Below are positions 1 to 12,625 of a stretch of 64,000 nucleotides of DNA, piece by piece. The stretch lies in assembly GCA_951804945.1 (NCBI GenBank), contig OX638161.1, positions 48,174,001-48,238,000 of the forward strand, given 5' to 3'. Under the pieces are notes generated by a model. It worked only from the letters and a program-made list of their open reading frames with translations. It was not told the origin of the DNA and searched no databases. The position numbers and the translations under genes are program-made. Source of the DNA: Podarcis cretensis. Lineage: Eukaryota. Position 1 is the stretch's first letter; each line of letters begins with the position of its first letter.

Positions 1-261
1 TCCTGTAATAGGCTGAGCTCCCCGTGCGGCAAACCCAGTTGCACTGCCTGAAATCCACCTCTGCAAAAATCAGTACGACCCAAACCAATACAACCAAAGT
101 TGTCAATGTGTTGCTCTTTTTATTCTGAGCTGTATGTAAATGGAGGGACTGCTTCCTGTTTAAAGGAGTCAAGCCCTCTTTTGGCCCAGCCCATCCACAC
201 CCGTAACTCCTGTGTGACTGGGATCACTTTCAAGGCTACCTTTCCCAAAACAACTAGTGGA

Positions 262-310
262 ATGATGTGTTTACTTCAATTAGTTTGCTTTTTTTTGCAA
301 TATTCAGAGG
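262..310 (+). pseudogene. Orphan, frameshifted IGHV leader exon with promoter (no V exon follows)
   Basis: 1-330 is paralogous to the promoter/leader of the VH at 26389 (ATGTAAAT at ~135, ATGATGTGTTTACTTCAATTAG); an expanded T-run shifts the frame and homology stops inside the intron. Confidence 0.75.
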
Positions 311-1368
311 TTATTGTTGTGTTGTTACATCCAGTTCAGTGCATAATTTCTTTTACTGATCCCAGTATAAGGGATGACACCTCAGATTATAAATATAATT
401 CATCCTATGCTTAAAATCAAAGCTCCATCCCTACTCTATTCCAGCTTCCACTAGCCCCAGACTGTTTGCTGGAAACCAACAAAAAGCACACATCCATTCT
501 CTACAGCCTCCTGTCACTTGTGTGCTCCAGCTCCCTGTTGCCTTCTGTAGCATTTTGGAATGGAAAAACCCTCCCTCCCCCTTTGGCAAACAGATGGAAG
601 TGCGGATGGAAGTACCAGGGTTAACCACATACCCACCTCCTTCCTGCTCACAGTGCTCTGGTTTCTGTGTTCATCATCTGACGCCCTTCCTAGTTTGCCT
701 TTCATGTGGGGTCTAGAAGGTGGCAATACAAGAATGGGTATTTTCTGCAGCACTTCATTATATATATTTTAGGCACCCGGCATAAATGTTCCCCTTTAGC
801 CAGGTCATTGACTCATTAATATTCTGCAGCCTTTTAAAGCTGTTTACTGTTTTGTTTCTTCTGTTTTGAGTATTTGTTTGTGCTTTTATCTTGTGTTTTT
901 ATCTTGTGAATAACCCTGAGATCTTTTGATCTTTTGATGAAGGGCAGTATATAAATATTATAATAGATAGATGATAGATAGATAGATAGATGTAGATAGA
1001 CAGATAGATGTTGATCTGATGGAGGACATAGAGAAGCTGAAATAAAGTCTAAAATAAAGCCTAGTGTGATGTTTTGTGGTTACAGCTGTGAGGCTGACTA
1101 TTGTTTCCTCAGCTGCCTCAACTTCACTGGCTTCATGGGAGTTTGATTCCCCAAGAGAAATTCTCACAACTTTCTATTTAGAACCAAGAAAACATTACCA
1201 ATACCACTCCAAACATCATTTCCCAATGTATACACTAGGCAGAATTTCTATTTTATTACACTTTCCAGCCCCGTTGGCTCATACTCCAAGTATGAGTAGA
1301 AAGCAGAAAGGGGGATACAAATCTCTGTAAACATTATACTGTAACATATGTCTTCTTGTTGGCCTTAG

Positions 1369-1560
1369 ATGTCCACTGCAATGTCCAGCTTGCAGAATCT
1401 GGACCAGATACTGTGAATCCTGGAGTGACTCTGAGACTAATCTGCATTATCACTTGAGATTTTGTCAGTACTGTTGACTGGGAGTGGATCCGACAGGCTC
1501 CTGGAAAAGGACAGAAATGGACAGGCCTGATACATTGGAGTGGCAACTCATGGCATGTTC
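1369..1560 (+). pseudogene. Truncated IGHV family-B pseudo-V exon (FR1-CDR2), copy 1
   Basis: ttag|ATGTCCACTGCAATGTCCAGCTT gives VHCNVQLAESGP..LRLICIIT*, then [11 protein letters not shown]; in-frame TGA, no FR3, no RSS, no leader. Confidence 0.85.
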
Positions 1561-2930
1561 GAGTGGAAGGGGATTGGGGATGCATCAAGCCACCATCAGC
1601 TGATCATACAGCCCTGGCAGCCAGTGAAGATACATGCCCACTGTGGCTGCTGCTGCTTTCCTGCTGACTGAGAAAAGCAGCTCTGCCTCAGTGCCAGGAG
1701 AATGTAGTGCCACAGTGCCTTGAAGTGAAAGCGATCAGCTGCCCTGTTCTCTATCAGTGTGAGGGGAAAGCAACATCTCACAATCAGCTGTCCTGTTTTC
1801 CTTCAGTGTGAGGCATAGCTGCCTGGGGGGGGGGGCACTGGGTGCTGCAGCCCCCACAATATTCCCCATGAAGTGGCTGGGCACCCACATTTTTTGCACC
1901 AGGACTGTACACACAAGGGGGGCGGGGTGCAGAGGGAGCCCACTGGACGCAGCCCAGCATGAGAACGCTGCCTGGGCAACATCCTTGGGTGGCACTGCCC
2001 AGCCGCAGAAACTGGCAGCAACACTGCCTGCTCCCTTATTTTTCCAACCTGGCAAAGTTTTATTACATTTATTACACATAGAACATCAAAGCAACATTAT
2101 TCTATGGTCATGGTACACATGTCAACCTTTGTTTACAAGCTAAAATAGCTGGAAAGTTAAATGTAATAAAAAGAGAAATGTGGTGCTTCTGGCTGAATAC
2201 TGATTATTGCTTCCTGTATAGGTATGTGAAAATAATAGGACAAAATGGGCATGGGGAGGAGAAAGAGCATGCATCTATCTCCACCTCAGATCAAAGAAAA
2301 AGGAGGCTTGACTGCACTCAGTTCCACATGCTGTGGTACAGGTTTACTGAAAGCCCGGTTCCCAAGCAGAGCAAGTGATTAAGGCAGGAGAGTCCAGTCC
2401 ATGAAACGAGGCCACACAAGAACAAGGAAGTTCTGCCCTTAGCAACTCAAGTCCTAGAGGGTATGTGCAAAATGTTTTGAGGGTTCAGTTATGGAGAGAA
2501 ATTGAAAAATGACACTTTGTTTTTTCTAGGGTTAGGAAAAGCATGCCCAGTAGTAACGTTTTATATTGCCTAAGTATATAATAGTTTATTGCTAAGCAAG
2601 TCAATAAAATACAAAGGTATCTATACTAAGAAGAGGGGGGCACCCCTGGTCTTTTCTTTCTGGCAGCATATCAGCACTGAAACCTTTGGAAATGTTTGGA
2701 GAGTGGGGCACTGAACTTTGATCTATTCTTGATGCTTGCCTTCTGGAAGAGGGGCAACAAAAAAGGACCTGCGACTTCTGATCTATATTTTATTGAACCT
2801 TTAAGACAAATCTGCCTTCCTTCCTCCTGCTTTAAACTCATACTTACAGGCCCATTCCAGCCTATAAATCTGGGTAACCATCTCTCAAGTTGTGTCTATT
2901 CTGTATGTACAAGGAACAGTTGCCAAAAGG

Positions 2931-2969
2931 CACAGTGAGAGGATGTGAATCTGAAGGCTGGGAAACAAA
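2931..2969 (+). other. Orphan 23-spacer RSS (no V exon upstream), copy 1
   Basis: CACAGTG 2931-2937, 23-nt spacer AGAGGATGTGAATCTGAAGGCTG, degenerate nonamer GGAAACAAA; spacer and downstream flank match the RSS region of the VH at 26838. Confidence 0.75.
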
Positions 2970-3761
2970 GCCTGTTTGCCTTCTCACCAGAAATAAGTCT
3001 TGAGACAAACTATGTTAAGAGCAAACAGGGGAGATTCATTCAAATATATATAAAAGACTAGGATCTGTAATTCAACCAACCTGAACCAATTAACCAAGTC
3101 ACAATTCACATGCAGGTGAGTTTTAATCAATGGGGTTATACAAGCCGCCCCCCCCCATTTCCTGACCAATTTTACAGCCACATACTGTGATCAGATAGGA
3201 AGGCTAGCACACAGCGAGATGTGGAGCCAACCGTCTCTGCCTAAGGCTGTTCCCACACCCCTAGTAAAGTTCAAACTGCTAATTTTTGGGGGATTAAGCT
3301 GTGCCCCTTCCTTCATTCATCATTTGTGTTGTATTGAGAGTATTATTATTATTGGGTACATGGATTCCTTAGGATGAATGAAAGCTCACTCTTGTATTCA
3401 AATAACAATCACCCGGGGGGTGTGTGGTTCATAAGCTTTACTTACAGCAGTTAACTTTGAAACAAATTTAAAAATATTTACGTGTTAAATAAATAAATAA
3501 ATAAAGGTTGATCTGATAGGGGACGTATCAGGATTCCCTTAAAGATAGCAGGTGTGGCGGGTGCCAGGGACCAACTCCTTTTTTTGTTGAGTCCTAAGGA
3601 AAAGTGCGACATTCTGGGATCAAATCAGGAAACAGGAAGGCTTTTGTAAATTATTGTCGGTACAACAGAACACTTGAAGGGTCAGCAAGTCATGTGTTTG
3701 GTATAAGGCTAAACAGATCTGCTCAGTCAAAGACCAGTGTTGTTCTTTTATCCTGAGCTGC

Positions 3762-3792
3762 ATGTAAATGCAGAGGCAGCTTCCTCTTTAAA
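3762..3792 (+). promoter_or_regulatory. IGHV family-A promoter: variant octamer ATGTAAAT plus TTTAAA TATA-like box
   Basis: ATGTAAAT at 3762-3769, ~125 nt upstream of the leader ATG; same motif at the same spacing before every family-A VH. Confidence 0.7.
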
Positions 3793-3887
3793 GCAGCAGC
3801 ACACTCTCTGCCCAGCCTGCAGCCAGAGGTAGAACTGCTGAAACACTTTCCAGTCAGTTCCTCTCAGAGCAAAATCAGGAGACAAAC

Positions 3888-4334
3888 ATGACACTTTGGC
3901 TTCAATTTGTTTTTGTTTCAGCAGCTTTGGGAGGTAATTTTATTCCAGCTTTAAACAAAGATGACTAGTATAACCCAGGGCTTCATATGTAGCAGATCTT
4001 TCAAATATGGCTTTCCCCCCTTTCTAGGTGTCCAATCAGCAATCCAGCTGGTAGAGTCTGGAGGGGATGTCAAAAGGCCTGGAGACTCCCTCCGCCTCTC
4101 CTGTCAAGCTTCTGGATTCACCTTCAGCGACTACTGGGTGGCTTGGGTGAGACAGGCTCCTGGGAAGGGACTGGAATGGGTTTCATTTATAAGCAGTGGT
4201 GGAGCCTCACAATATTATGCAGACTCTGTGAAAGGGCGCTTCACCATCTCCAGAGACAACCCTTCAAACATGCTGTATCTACAAATGAACAGCTTGAAAT
4301 CGGAGGACACTGCTGTTTATTACTGTGCAAGAGA
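3888..4334 (+). CDS. IGHV: IGHV segment, family A (clan III-like), intact
   Basis: Leader 3888-3933 ([15 protein letters not shown]), GT-AG intron, V exon 4028-4334 [26 protein letters not shown]; perfect 23-RSS CACAGTG 4335-4341, ACAAAAACC 4365-4373. Confidence 0.97.
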
Positions 4335-5360
4335 CACAGTGAAAGGAAGTGAATCTGAAGCCAGACAAAAACCTTCCTATGCCAGCTGTCTGGACTGGTT
4401 CAGCTGCAACCACAAAGAACTAAATGAAGACTTTTGGAGAAGGAAGATAAAATCAAGATAAATTGCCTTGATTTTATTGACACAAATGAGGCATCATGCC
4501 TAGTCTCCAAATTGAATGCTCAGAGAACGCCTAGGCTGCATTCAGACACCACTTTATTCTATTTCCCCAACAATTAATTTCTGAGTTAGTTCCACTTCTT
4601 ATGTGACCTTTTATACAATGTATAATTCATTTCTGGTAATCTAACAGAATCTTGTTGAAGCTTAGTACTCATTGCTATATGAATTGCTTCAATGAAATGT
4701 GTGTTTGCATGTTTGCAAATTTGCTATCTGAGAAGATTTTGGTAGATTTGAGTTATAATTTCTCTACTGTTTTAATGGCTTACATAATATGATGAAATTT
4801 GGGGAAGAATTCTGAAATGCCATGTTAGCCAGCTTTGGTGGCGATAGAGATGGACTGTTTAAGTCCACTTGGCCCCTCAGTTTCCCTGTCTCCAACTTTG
4901 AAATTCCACCTTCCTGCTCTGTGTGTATATGAAACAGTGTAGGTCTTACTGTTCCTGACAGACAATGAGTGTAATGGACACAAAGGGAGAGCCATGATAA
5001 TTTGGTTGGAATTAAAAGCAGACCACTTTCTGACATGATGCCTGAACACACAGATTTGAGCATAGCTGGAATTAATCAGGGTCACTTTCATATATGTGTG
5101 TGTGTGTTTGTGTGTGTGTGTGTATGGCCCCAGCCAAGCTGAGAGCTTGTAAAATAAATTATTCCTGCTGCTTTCTGGTTGTGGGAAAGCAAGGACCAAT
5201 GAAATGGGCTGTGTGAAGAAGAGGGCTTCTTTAAATGACAGACCCATATCCCACTGGTGGTAGCACTGCTCTGAGCATATTCTCAGTTTAGATCACCTCT
5301 CTTTATCTGATTCCCATCACTAGATGCAAAGTTGATTCAAATTCCCTGGCCAAAAAGCTT

Positions 5361-5625
5361 TGGAGGGTCCCTGAGACTAACCTGCACTGGCACTGGGGAT
5401 TCTGTTGAGAATAGTTACTGGGAATGGGTCCGACAGGCTCCTGGAAAAGGACTGGAATGGATGGGCCAGATCGACTGGAGTGGCAGCAAATGGACATTAT
5501 ATTACAGCCCATCTCTCCAAGGCCGAATCACCCTGACTGCTGATGCCTCCAGAAATACATACGATCTGGAGCTGAGATCTGTGACAGCTGTAGACACGGC
5601 TATATATTATTGTGCCCGCAGAAGA
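5361..5625 (+). pseudogene. IGHV: IGHV family-B pseudogene, leader, intron and start of FR1 deleted
   Basis: Promoter (CAAAAAGCTT) is fused directly to TGGAGGGTCCCTG of FR1 compared with the intact paralog at 11523; RSS CACAGTG 5626-5632, 23 nt, ACAAAAGGG. Confidence 0.9.
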
Positions 5626-6096
5626 CACAGTGAGCAAATCCGAAGGAGAAACTGTACAAAAGGGTAGAGGTATTTCTTACTGGGTGAAGTGTAGGAACAT
5701 CTCCTAGAATTCTTTCCATTTCTCACAAGGGGGCAGCAGTGATTTAAAGACTAAGAAACCATCAACCACAACTGAAACAAAGTCTAAAATAAATCCTAGT
5801 GTGATGTTTTGTGGTTACAGCTGTGAGGCTGACTGTTGTTTCCTCAGCTACCTCAACTTCACTGGCTGCATGAGAGTTTGATTCCCCAAGAGACATTCTC
5901 ACAACTTTCTATTTAGAACCAAGAAAACATTGCCATTACCACCCCAACCATCATTTCCCAATGTATACACTAGGCAGAATTTCTATTTTACTACATATTT
6001 TCCACCTCTTTGGCATATACTCCAAAAGGAGCAGAAAGGGAGATACAAATCTCTGTAAACATTTTACTGTAATATATGTCTTCTTGTTGGCCTTAG

Positions 6097-6290
6097 ATGT
6101 CCACTGCAATGTCCAGCTTGTGGAATCTGGACCAGAGACTGTGAATCCTGGAGTGACTCTGAGACTAATCTGCATTATCACTTGAGATTTTGTCAGTACT
6201 GTTGACTGGGAATGGATCCGACAGGCTCCTGGAAATGAACAGGAATGGATAGGCCTGATACATCGGAGTGGCAACTCATGGCATGTTTGA
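6097..6290 (+). pseudogene. Truncated IGHV family-B pseudo-V exon, copy 2
   Basis: Paralog of 1369-1560; stop at 6183-6185. Confidence 0.85.
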
Positions 6291-7647
6291 GTGGAAGGGG
6301 ATGGGGGATGCATCAAGCCACCATCAGCTGATCATACAGCCCTGGCAGCCAGTGAAGATACATGCCCACTGTGGCTGCTGCTGCTTCCCTGCTGACTGAG
6401 AAAAGCAGCTCTGCCTCAGTGCCAGGAGAAAGTAGTGCCACAGTGCCTTGAAGTGAGAGCGGTCAGCTGCCCTGTTCTCTATCAGCGTGAGGGGAAAGGA
6501 ACACCTCACAATCAGCTGTCCTGTTTTCCTTCAGTGTGAGGCATAGCTGCCATGGGGGGGGCACTGGGTGCTGCAGCCCCCACAATATTCCCCGTGAAGT
6601 GGCTGGGCACCCACATTTTTTTGCACCAGGGCTGCACACACAAGGGGGGCGGGGTGCAGAGAGAGATCACTGGACGCAGCCCAGCATGAGAACGCTGCCT
6701 GGGCAACATCCTTGGGTGGCACTGCCCAGCCGCAGAAAGGAGCAGCAACACTGCCTGCTCCCTTATTTTTTAACCTGGCAAAGTTTTATTACATTTATTA
6801 CATCAAAGCAACATTATTCTATGGTCATGGTACACATGTCAACCTTTGTTTAAAAGCTAAAATCACTGGAAAGTTAAATGTAATTAAAAGAGAAATGTGG
6901 TGCTTCTGGCTGAATACTGATTCTTGCTTCCTGTATAGGTATGTGAAAATAATAGGACAAAATGGGCATGGGGAGGAGAAAGAGCATGCATCTATCTCCA
7001 CCTCAGATCAAAGAAAAAGGAGGCTTGACTGCACTCAGTTCCACATGCTGTGGTACAGGTTTACTGAAAGCCCGGTTCCCAAGCAGAGCAAGTGATTAAG
7101 GCAGGAGAGTCCAGTCCACGAAACGAGGCCACACAAGAACAAGGAAGTTCTGCCCTTAGCAACTCAAGTCCTAGAGGGTATGTGCAAAATGTTTTGAGGG
7201 TTCAGTTATGGAGAGAAATTGAAAAATGACACTTTGTTTTTTATAGGGTTAGGAAAAGCATGCCCAGTAGTAACGTTTTATATTGCATAAGTATATAATA
7301 GTTTATTGCAAACAAGTCAATAAAATACAAATGTATCTATATTAAGAAGAGGGGTGCACCCCTGGTCTTTTCTTTCTGGCAGCATATCAGCACTGAAACC
7401 TTTTGGAAAGGTTTGGAGAGTGGGGCACTGAACTTTGATCTATTCTTGATGCTTGCCATCTGGAAGAGGGGCAACAAAAAAGGATCTGCGACTTCTGATC
7501 TATATTTTATTGAACCTTTAAGACAAATCTGCCTTCCTTCCTCCTGCTTTAAACTCATACTTACAGGCCCATTCCAGCCTATAAATCTGGGTAAAAATCT
7601 CTCAAGTTGTGTCTATTCTGTATGTACAAGGAACAGTTGCCAAAAGG

Positions 7648-7688
7648 CACAGCGAGAGGATGTGAATCTGAAATCTGGGAAAAAAACC
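7648..7688 (+). other. Orphan RSS, copy 2
   Basis: CACAGCG followed by AGAGGATGTGAATCTGAAATCTG and an A-rich tract; duplicate of 2931-2969. Confidence 0.65.
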
Positions 7689-8612
7689 TGTTTGCCTTCT
7701 CACCAGAAATAAGTCTTGAGACAAACTATGTTAAGAGCAAACAGGGGAGATTCATTCAAATATATATAAAAGACTAGGATCTGTAATTCAACCAACCTGA
7801 ACCAATTAACCAAGTCACAATTCACATGCAGGTGAGTTTTAATCAATGGGGTTATACAAGCCGCCCCCCCCCTTTCCTGACCAATTTTACAGCCACATAC
7901 TGTGATCAGATAGGAAGGCTAGCACACAGCGAGATGTGGAGCCAACTGTCTCTGCCTAAGGCTGTTCCCACACCCCTAGTAAAGTTCAAACTGCTAATTT
8001 CTGGGGGATTAAGCTGTGCCCCTTCCTTCATTCATCATTTGTGTTGTATTGAGAGTATTATTATTATTGGGTACATGGATTCCTTAGGATGAATGAAAGC
8101 TCACTCTTGTATTCAAATAACAATCACCCAGGGGGGGGGGGGATGTGGTTCATAAGCTTTACTTACAGCAGTTAACTTTGAAACAAATTTAAAAATAATT
8201 ACGTGTTAAATAAATAAATAAATAAATAAAGGTTGATCTGATAGGGGACGTATCAGGATTCCCTTAAAGATAGCAGGTGTGGCGGGTGCCAGGGACCAAC
8301 TCCTTTTTTTGTTGAGTCCTAAGGAAAAGTGCAACATTCTGGGATCAAATCAGGAAACAGGAAGGCTTTTGTAAATTAATGACGGTACAACAGAACACTT
8401 GAAGGGTCAGCAAGTCATGTGTTTGGTATAAGGCTAAACAGATCTGCTCAGTCAAAGACCAGTGTTGTTCTTTTATCCTGAGCTGCATGTAAATGCAGAG
8501 GCAGCTTCCTCTTTAAAGCAGCAGCACACTCTCTGCCCAGCCTACAGCCAGAGGTACAACTGCTGAACCACTTTCCAGTCAGTTCCTCTCAGAGCAAAAT
8601 CGGGAGATAAAT

Positions 8613-9059
8613 ATGACACTCTGGCTTCAGTTTGTTTTTGTTTCAGCAGTTTTGGGAGGTAATTTTATTCCCACTTTAAACAAAGATGACTAGTGAAATC
8701 CAGGGCTTCATATGTTGCAGATTCTTTAAATATGGCTTTCCCCCCTTACTAGGTGTCCAATCAGCAGTCCAGCTGGTAGAGTCTGGAGGGGATGTCAAAA
8801 GGCCTGGAGAGTCCCTCCGCCTCTCCTGTCAAGCTGCTGGATTCACCTTCAGCAGCTACTGGATGGTCTGGGTGCGACAGGCTCCAGGAAAGGGACTGGA
8901 ATGGATTGCAGTAATCTGGTCTGGTGGTAGTCAACAATATTATGCAGACTCAGTCAAAGGGCGCTTCACCATCTCCAGAAACGACCCTTCAAACATGCTG
9001 TATCTTCAAATGAACAGCTTGAAATCAGAGGACACTGCCGTTTATTACTGTGCAAGACA
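8613..9059 (+). CDS. IGHV: IGHV segment, family A, intact
   Basis: Leader 8613-8658, V exon 8753-9059 ([26 protein letters not shown]); RSS CACAGTG 9060-9066, 23 nt, CCAAAAACC. Confidence 0.96.
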
Positions 9060-9217
9060 CACAGTGAAAGGAAGTGAATCTGAAGCCAGCCAAAAACCTT
9101 CCTATGCCAGCTTGTCTGGACTGGTTCAGCTGCAACCACAAAGAACTAAATGAAGAAGTTTGGAGAAGGAAGATAAATTCAAAATAAATTGTCTTGATTT
9201 CGTTGACACAAATGAGG

Positions 9218-10264
9218 ATTTGTAACTGGCTGACTGACCGAACCCAAAGGGTGCTCATCAATGGTTCCTCTTCATCCTGGAGAAGAGTGACTAGTGGGGT
9301 GCCACAGGGTTCTGTCTTGGGCCCGGTCTTATTCAACATCTTTATCAACGACTTGGATGATGGACTCAAGGGCATCCTGATCAAATTTGCAGATGACACC
9401 AAACTGGAAGGGGTGGCTAACACCCCAGAGGACAGGATCACACTTCAAAACGACTTTGACAGATTAGAGAACTGGGCCAAAACAAACAAGATTAACTTTA
9501 ACAGGGAGAAATGTAAATTATTGCACTTGGGCAAAAAAAAAAGAGGCACAAATACAAGATGGGTGACACCTGGCTTGAGAGCAGTACATGTGAAAAGGAT
9601 CTAGGAGTCTTGGTTGACCACAAACTTGACATGAGCCAACAGTGTGACGTGGCAGCTAAAAAAGCCAATGCAATTCGGGGCTGCATCAATAGGAGTGTAG
9701 CATCTAGATCAAGGGAAGTAATAGTGCCACTGTATTCTGCTCTGGTCAGACCTCACCTGGAGTACTGTGTCCAGTTCTGGGCACCACAGTTCAAGAAGGA
9801 CACTGACAAACTGGAACGTGTCCAGAGGAGGGCAACCAAAATGGTCAAAGGCCTGGAAACGATGCCTTATGAGGAACGGCTAAGAGAGCTGGGCATGTTT
9901 AGCCTGGAGAAGAGGAGGTTAAGGGGTGATGTGATAGCCACGTTCAAATATATAAAAGGATGTCATATAGAGGAGGGAGAAAGGTTGTTTTCTGCTGCTC
10001 CAGAGAAGCGGACACGGAGCAATGGATCCAAACTACAAGAAAGAAGATTCCACCTAAACATTAGGAAGAACTTCCTGACAGTAAGAGCTGTTCGACAGTG
10101 GAATTTGCTGCCAAGGAGTGTGGTGGAGTCTCCTTCTTTGGAGGTCTTTAAGCAGAGGCTTGACAACCATATGTCAGGAGTGCCCTGATGGTGTTTCCTG
10201 CTTGGCAGGGGGTTGGACTCAATGGCCCTTGTGGTCTCTTCCAACTCTATGATTCTATAATTCT
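9218..10264 (+). mobile_element. CR1 LINE, 5'-truncated
   Basis: RT C-terminal motifs [44 protein letters not shown] (frameshifted); 3' ATTCTATG-type tail; TSD ATGAGG 9212-9217/10265-10270; empty paralogous site at ~4486. Confidence 0.95.
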
Positions 10265-10751
10265 ATGAGGCATCATGCATAGTGTTCAAATTGGAATGCT
10301 CAGCGAAAACCTAGGCTGCATTCAGACACCACTTTATTCTATTTCCCCAGCAATTGATTTCTGACTTAGTTCCACTTCTTATGTGACCTTTTATACAATG
10401 TATAATTCATTTCTGGTAATCTAACAGAATCTTGTTGAAGCTTAGTACTCATTGCTATATGAATTGCTTCCATGAAATGTGTGTTTGCATGTTTGCAACT
10501 TTGTTACCTGAGAAGATTTTGGTAGATTTGAGTTATAATTTCTTTACTGTTTTAATGGCTTACATAATGTGATGAAATTTGGAGAGGAATTCTGAAATAC
10601 CATGTTATTCAGTTTTGGTGGGGATAGAGGTGGACTGTTTAAGTCCACTTGGCTCCACAGTTTCCCTCTCTCCAACTTTGCAGTCCCACCTTCCTGCTTT
10701 GTGTGCATATAAAACAGTGTAGGACTTACTGTTCCTGGTAGACAATCAGTA

Positions 10752-10994
10752 CAGTGGTACCTCGGGTTAAGTACTTAATTCGTTCTGGAGGTCCGTTCTT
10801 AACATGAAACTGTTCTTAATCTGAAGCACCACTTTAGCTTATGGGGCCTCCTGCTGCTGCCGCCCCACTGGAACATGATTTCTGTTCTCTATCCTGAACC
10901 AAAGTTCTTAACCCGAGATACTATTTCTGGGTTAGTGGAGTCTGTAACCTGAAGCGTCTGCAACCTGAAACGTATGTAACACGAGGTACCACTG
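10752..10994. mobile_element. Tc1/mariner-type MITE, copy 1
   Basis: TIRs CAGTGGTACCTCG..CGAGGTACCACTG, TA target duplication; absent from paralogous sites at ~4970 and ~14500. Confidence 0.9.
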
Positions 10995-11132
10995 TATAAT
11001 GGACACAAAGGGAGAGCCATGTTGATTTGGTTGGAAATAAAAGCAGACCATTTCCTGACATTATGCCTGAACTCATAGATCTGAGCATAGCGGGAATTCA
11101 TAAGGGTCACTTTCATATACAATGGTACCTAG

Positions 11133-11168
<36 letters not shown>

Positions 11169-11402
11169 TGTGTGTCTGTGTGTCTGTCTCTCTCTGTGTG
11201 TAGCCCCAGCCATGTTGAGGGCTTGTAAAAAAAAAAATTCTTGCAGCTGCTTTCTGACCATGGGAAAGCAAGGACCAATGAAAGGGTGTGTGTGGCCCGG
11301 ACGAGTTCTTTAAATGACAGACCCTTATCCCACTGGTGGTAGCAGTGCTCTTAGCATATTCTTCCTCTCTTTATCTACTTCCTACCACTAGTTGCAAAGC
11401 TG

Positions 11403-11438
11403 ATGCAAATTCCTGTCCAAAAAGCTTTCTATTTAAAT
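11403..11438 (+). promoter_or_regulatory. IGHV family-B promoter: canonical octamer ATGCAAAT plus TATTTAAAT
   Basis: ATGCAAAT 11403-11410 (also 19389-19396 and 29812-29819), TATA-like box ~20 nt downstream. Confidence 0.85.
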
Positions 11439-11522
11439 AGCTCCACCCACACCAAGTCTTCAGATGCTCAGCTGGACCAAATTAGTTTTCAGTCCAGAGG
11501 GAGGAGTTTCTCTCTGCAAACA

Positions 11523-11971
11523 ATGAAGACCCCCTTTCTTTTCCTGTCTTTGTTAGCAGTGCCGCTGTGTGAGTATCTTCCACATAAATATTTTAAAAAT
11601 CAAATATTACAGATCGATAAATTGCATGGTAACCAAAGTCTTGTTGTTTTCTTTAGATGTCCACTGCAGTGTCCAGCTTGTGGAATCTGGACCAAGAACT
11701 GTGAATCCTGGAGGGTCCCTGAGACTAACCTGCACTGTCACTGGGGATTCTGTCAAGAGTTATTTCTGGGAATGGGTCCGACAGGCTCCTGGAAAAGGAC
11801 TGGAATGGATGGGCCAGATATACTGGAGTGGCAGCACATGGAGCTTACGCTACAGCCCATCTCTCCAAGGCCGAATCACCCTGACTGCTGATGCCTCCAG
11901 AAATACATACAACCTGGAGCTGAGATCTGTGACAACTGCAGACACGGCTATGTATTACTGTGCCCGTAAAC
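11523..11971 (+). CDS. IGHV: IGHV segment, family B (clan II-like), intact
   Basis: Leader 11523-11568 ([15 protein letters not shown]), V exon 11657-11971 [25 protein letters not shown]; RSS CACAGTG 11972-11978, 23 nt, ACAAAAAAA. Confidence 0.95.
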
Positions 11972-12432
11972 CACAGTGAGAAAAACCAAAGGAGAAACTG
12001 TACAAAAAAAGGGTAGATGCATCTCTTATTGGGTGAAGTGTAAGAGCATCTCCTATAATTCTTTCCATTTCTCACAAGGGGGCAGCAGTGATTTAAAGAC
12101 TAAGAAACCATCAACCAAAACTGAAACAAAGTCTAAAATAAAGCCTAGTGTGATGTTTTGTGGTTACAGCTGTGAGGCTATTGTTTCCTCAGCTGCCTCA
12201 ACTGCATGAGAGTTTGATTCCCCGGGAGACATTCTCACAACTTTCTATTTAGAACCAAGAAAACATTGCCATTACCACCCCAACCATCATTTCCCAATGT
12301 ATACACTAGGCAGAATTTCTATTTTGTTACATACTTCCCAACTCTGTGGCACATACTCCAAAAGGAGCAGAAAGGGGGACACAAATCTCTGTAAACATTA
12401 TACTGTAATATATGTCTTCTTGTTGGCCTTAG

Positions 12433-12625
12433 ATGTCCACTGCAATGTCCAGCTTGTGGAATCTGGACCAGAGACTGTGAATCCTGGAGTGACTCTGTGA
12501 CTAATCTGTATTATCACTTGAGATTTTGTAAATAATGTTGACTGGGAATGGATCCGACAGGCTCCTGGAAAAGGACAGGAATGGATAGGCCTGATACGTC
12601 TGAGTGGCAGCTCATGGCATGTTCG
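12433..12625 (+). pseudogene. Truncated IGHV family-B pseudo-V exon, copy 3
   Basis: Paralog of 1369 and 6097 fragments; additional stop at 12498-12500. Confidence 0.85.

Noticed and set aside
100-3200. Many short ORFs in the six-frame track (e.g. 1808-2143, 2178-2378, 2696-2938 and their duplicates)
   Set aside because: No recognisable domains or splice structure; recurrence reflects segmental duplication, not conservation.
4321-4327. Cryptic heptamer TACTGTG at the 3' end of most V exons
   Set aside because: Well-known conserved VH-replacement site overlapping the YYC codons; not novel.
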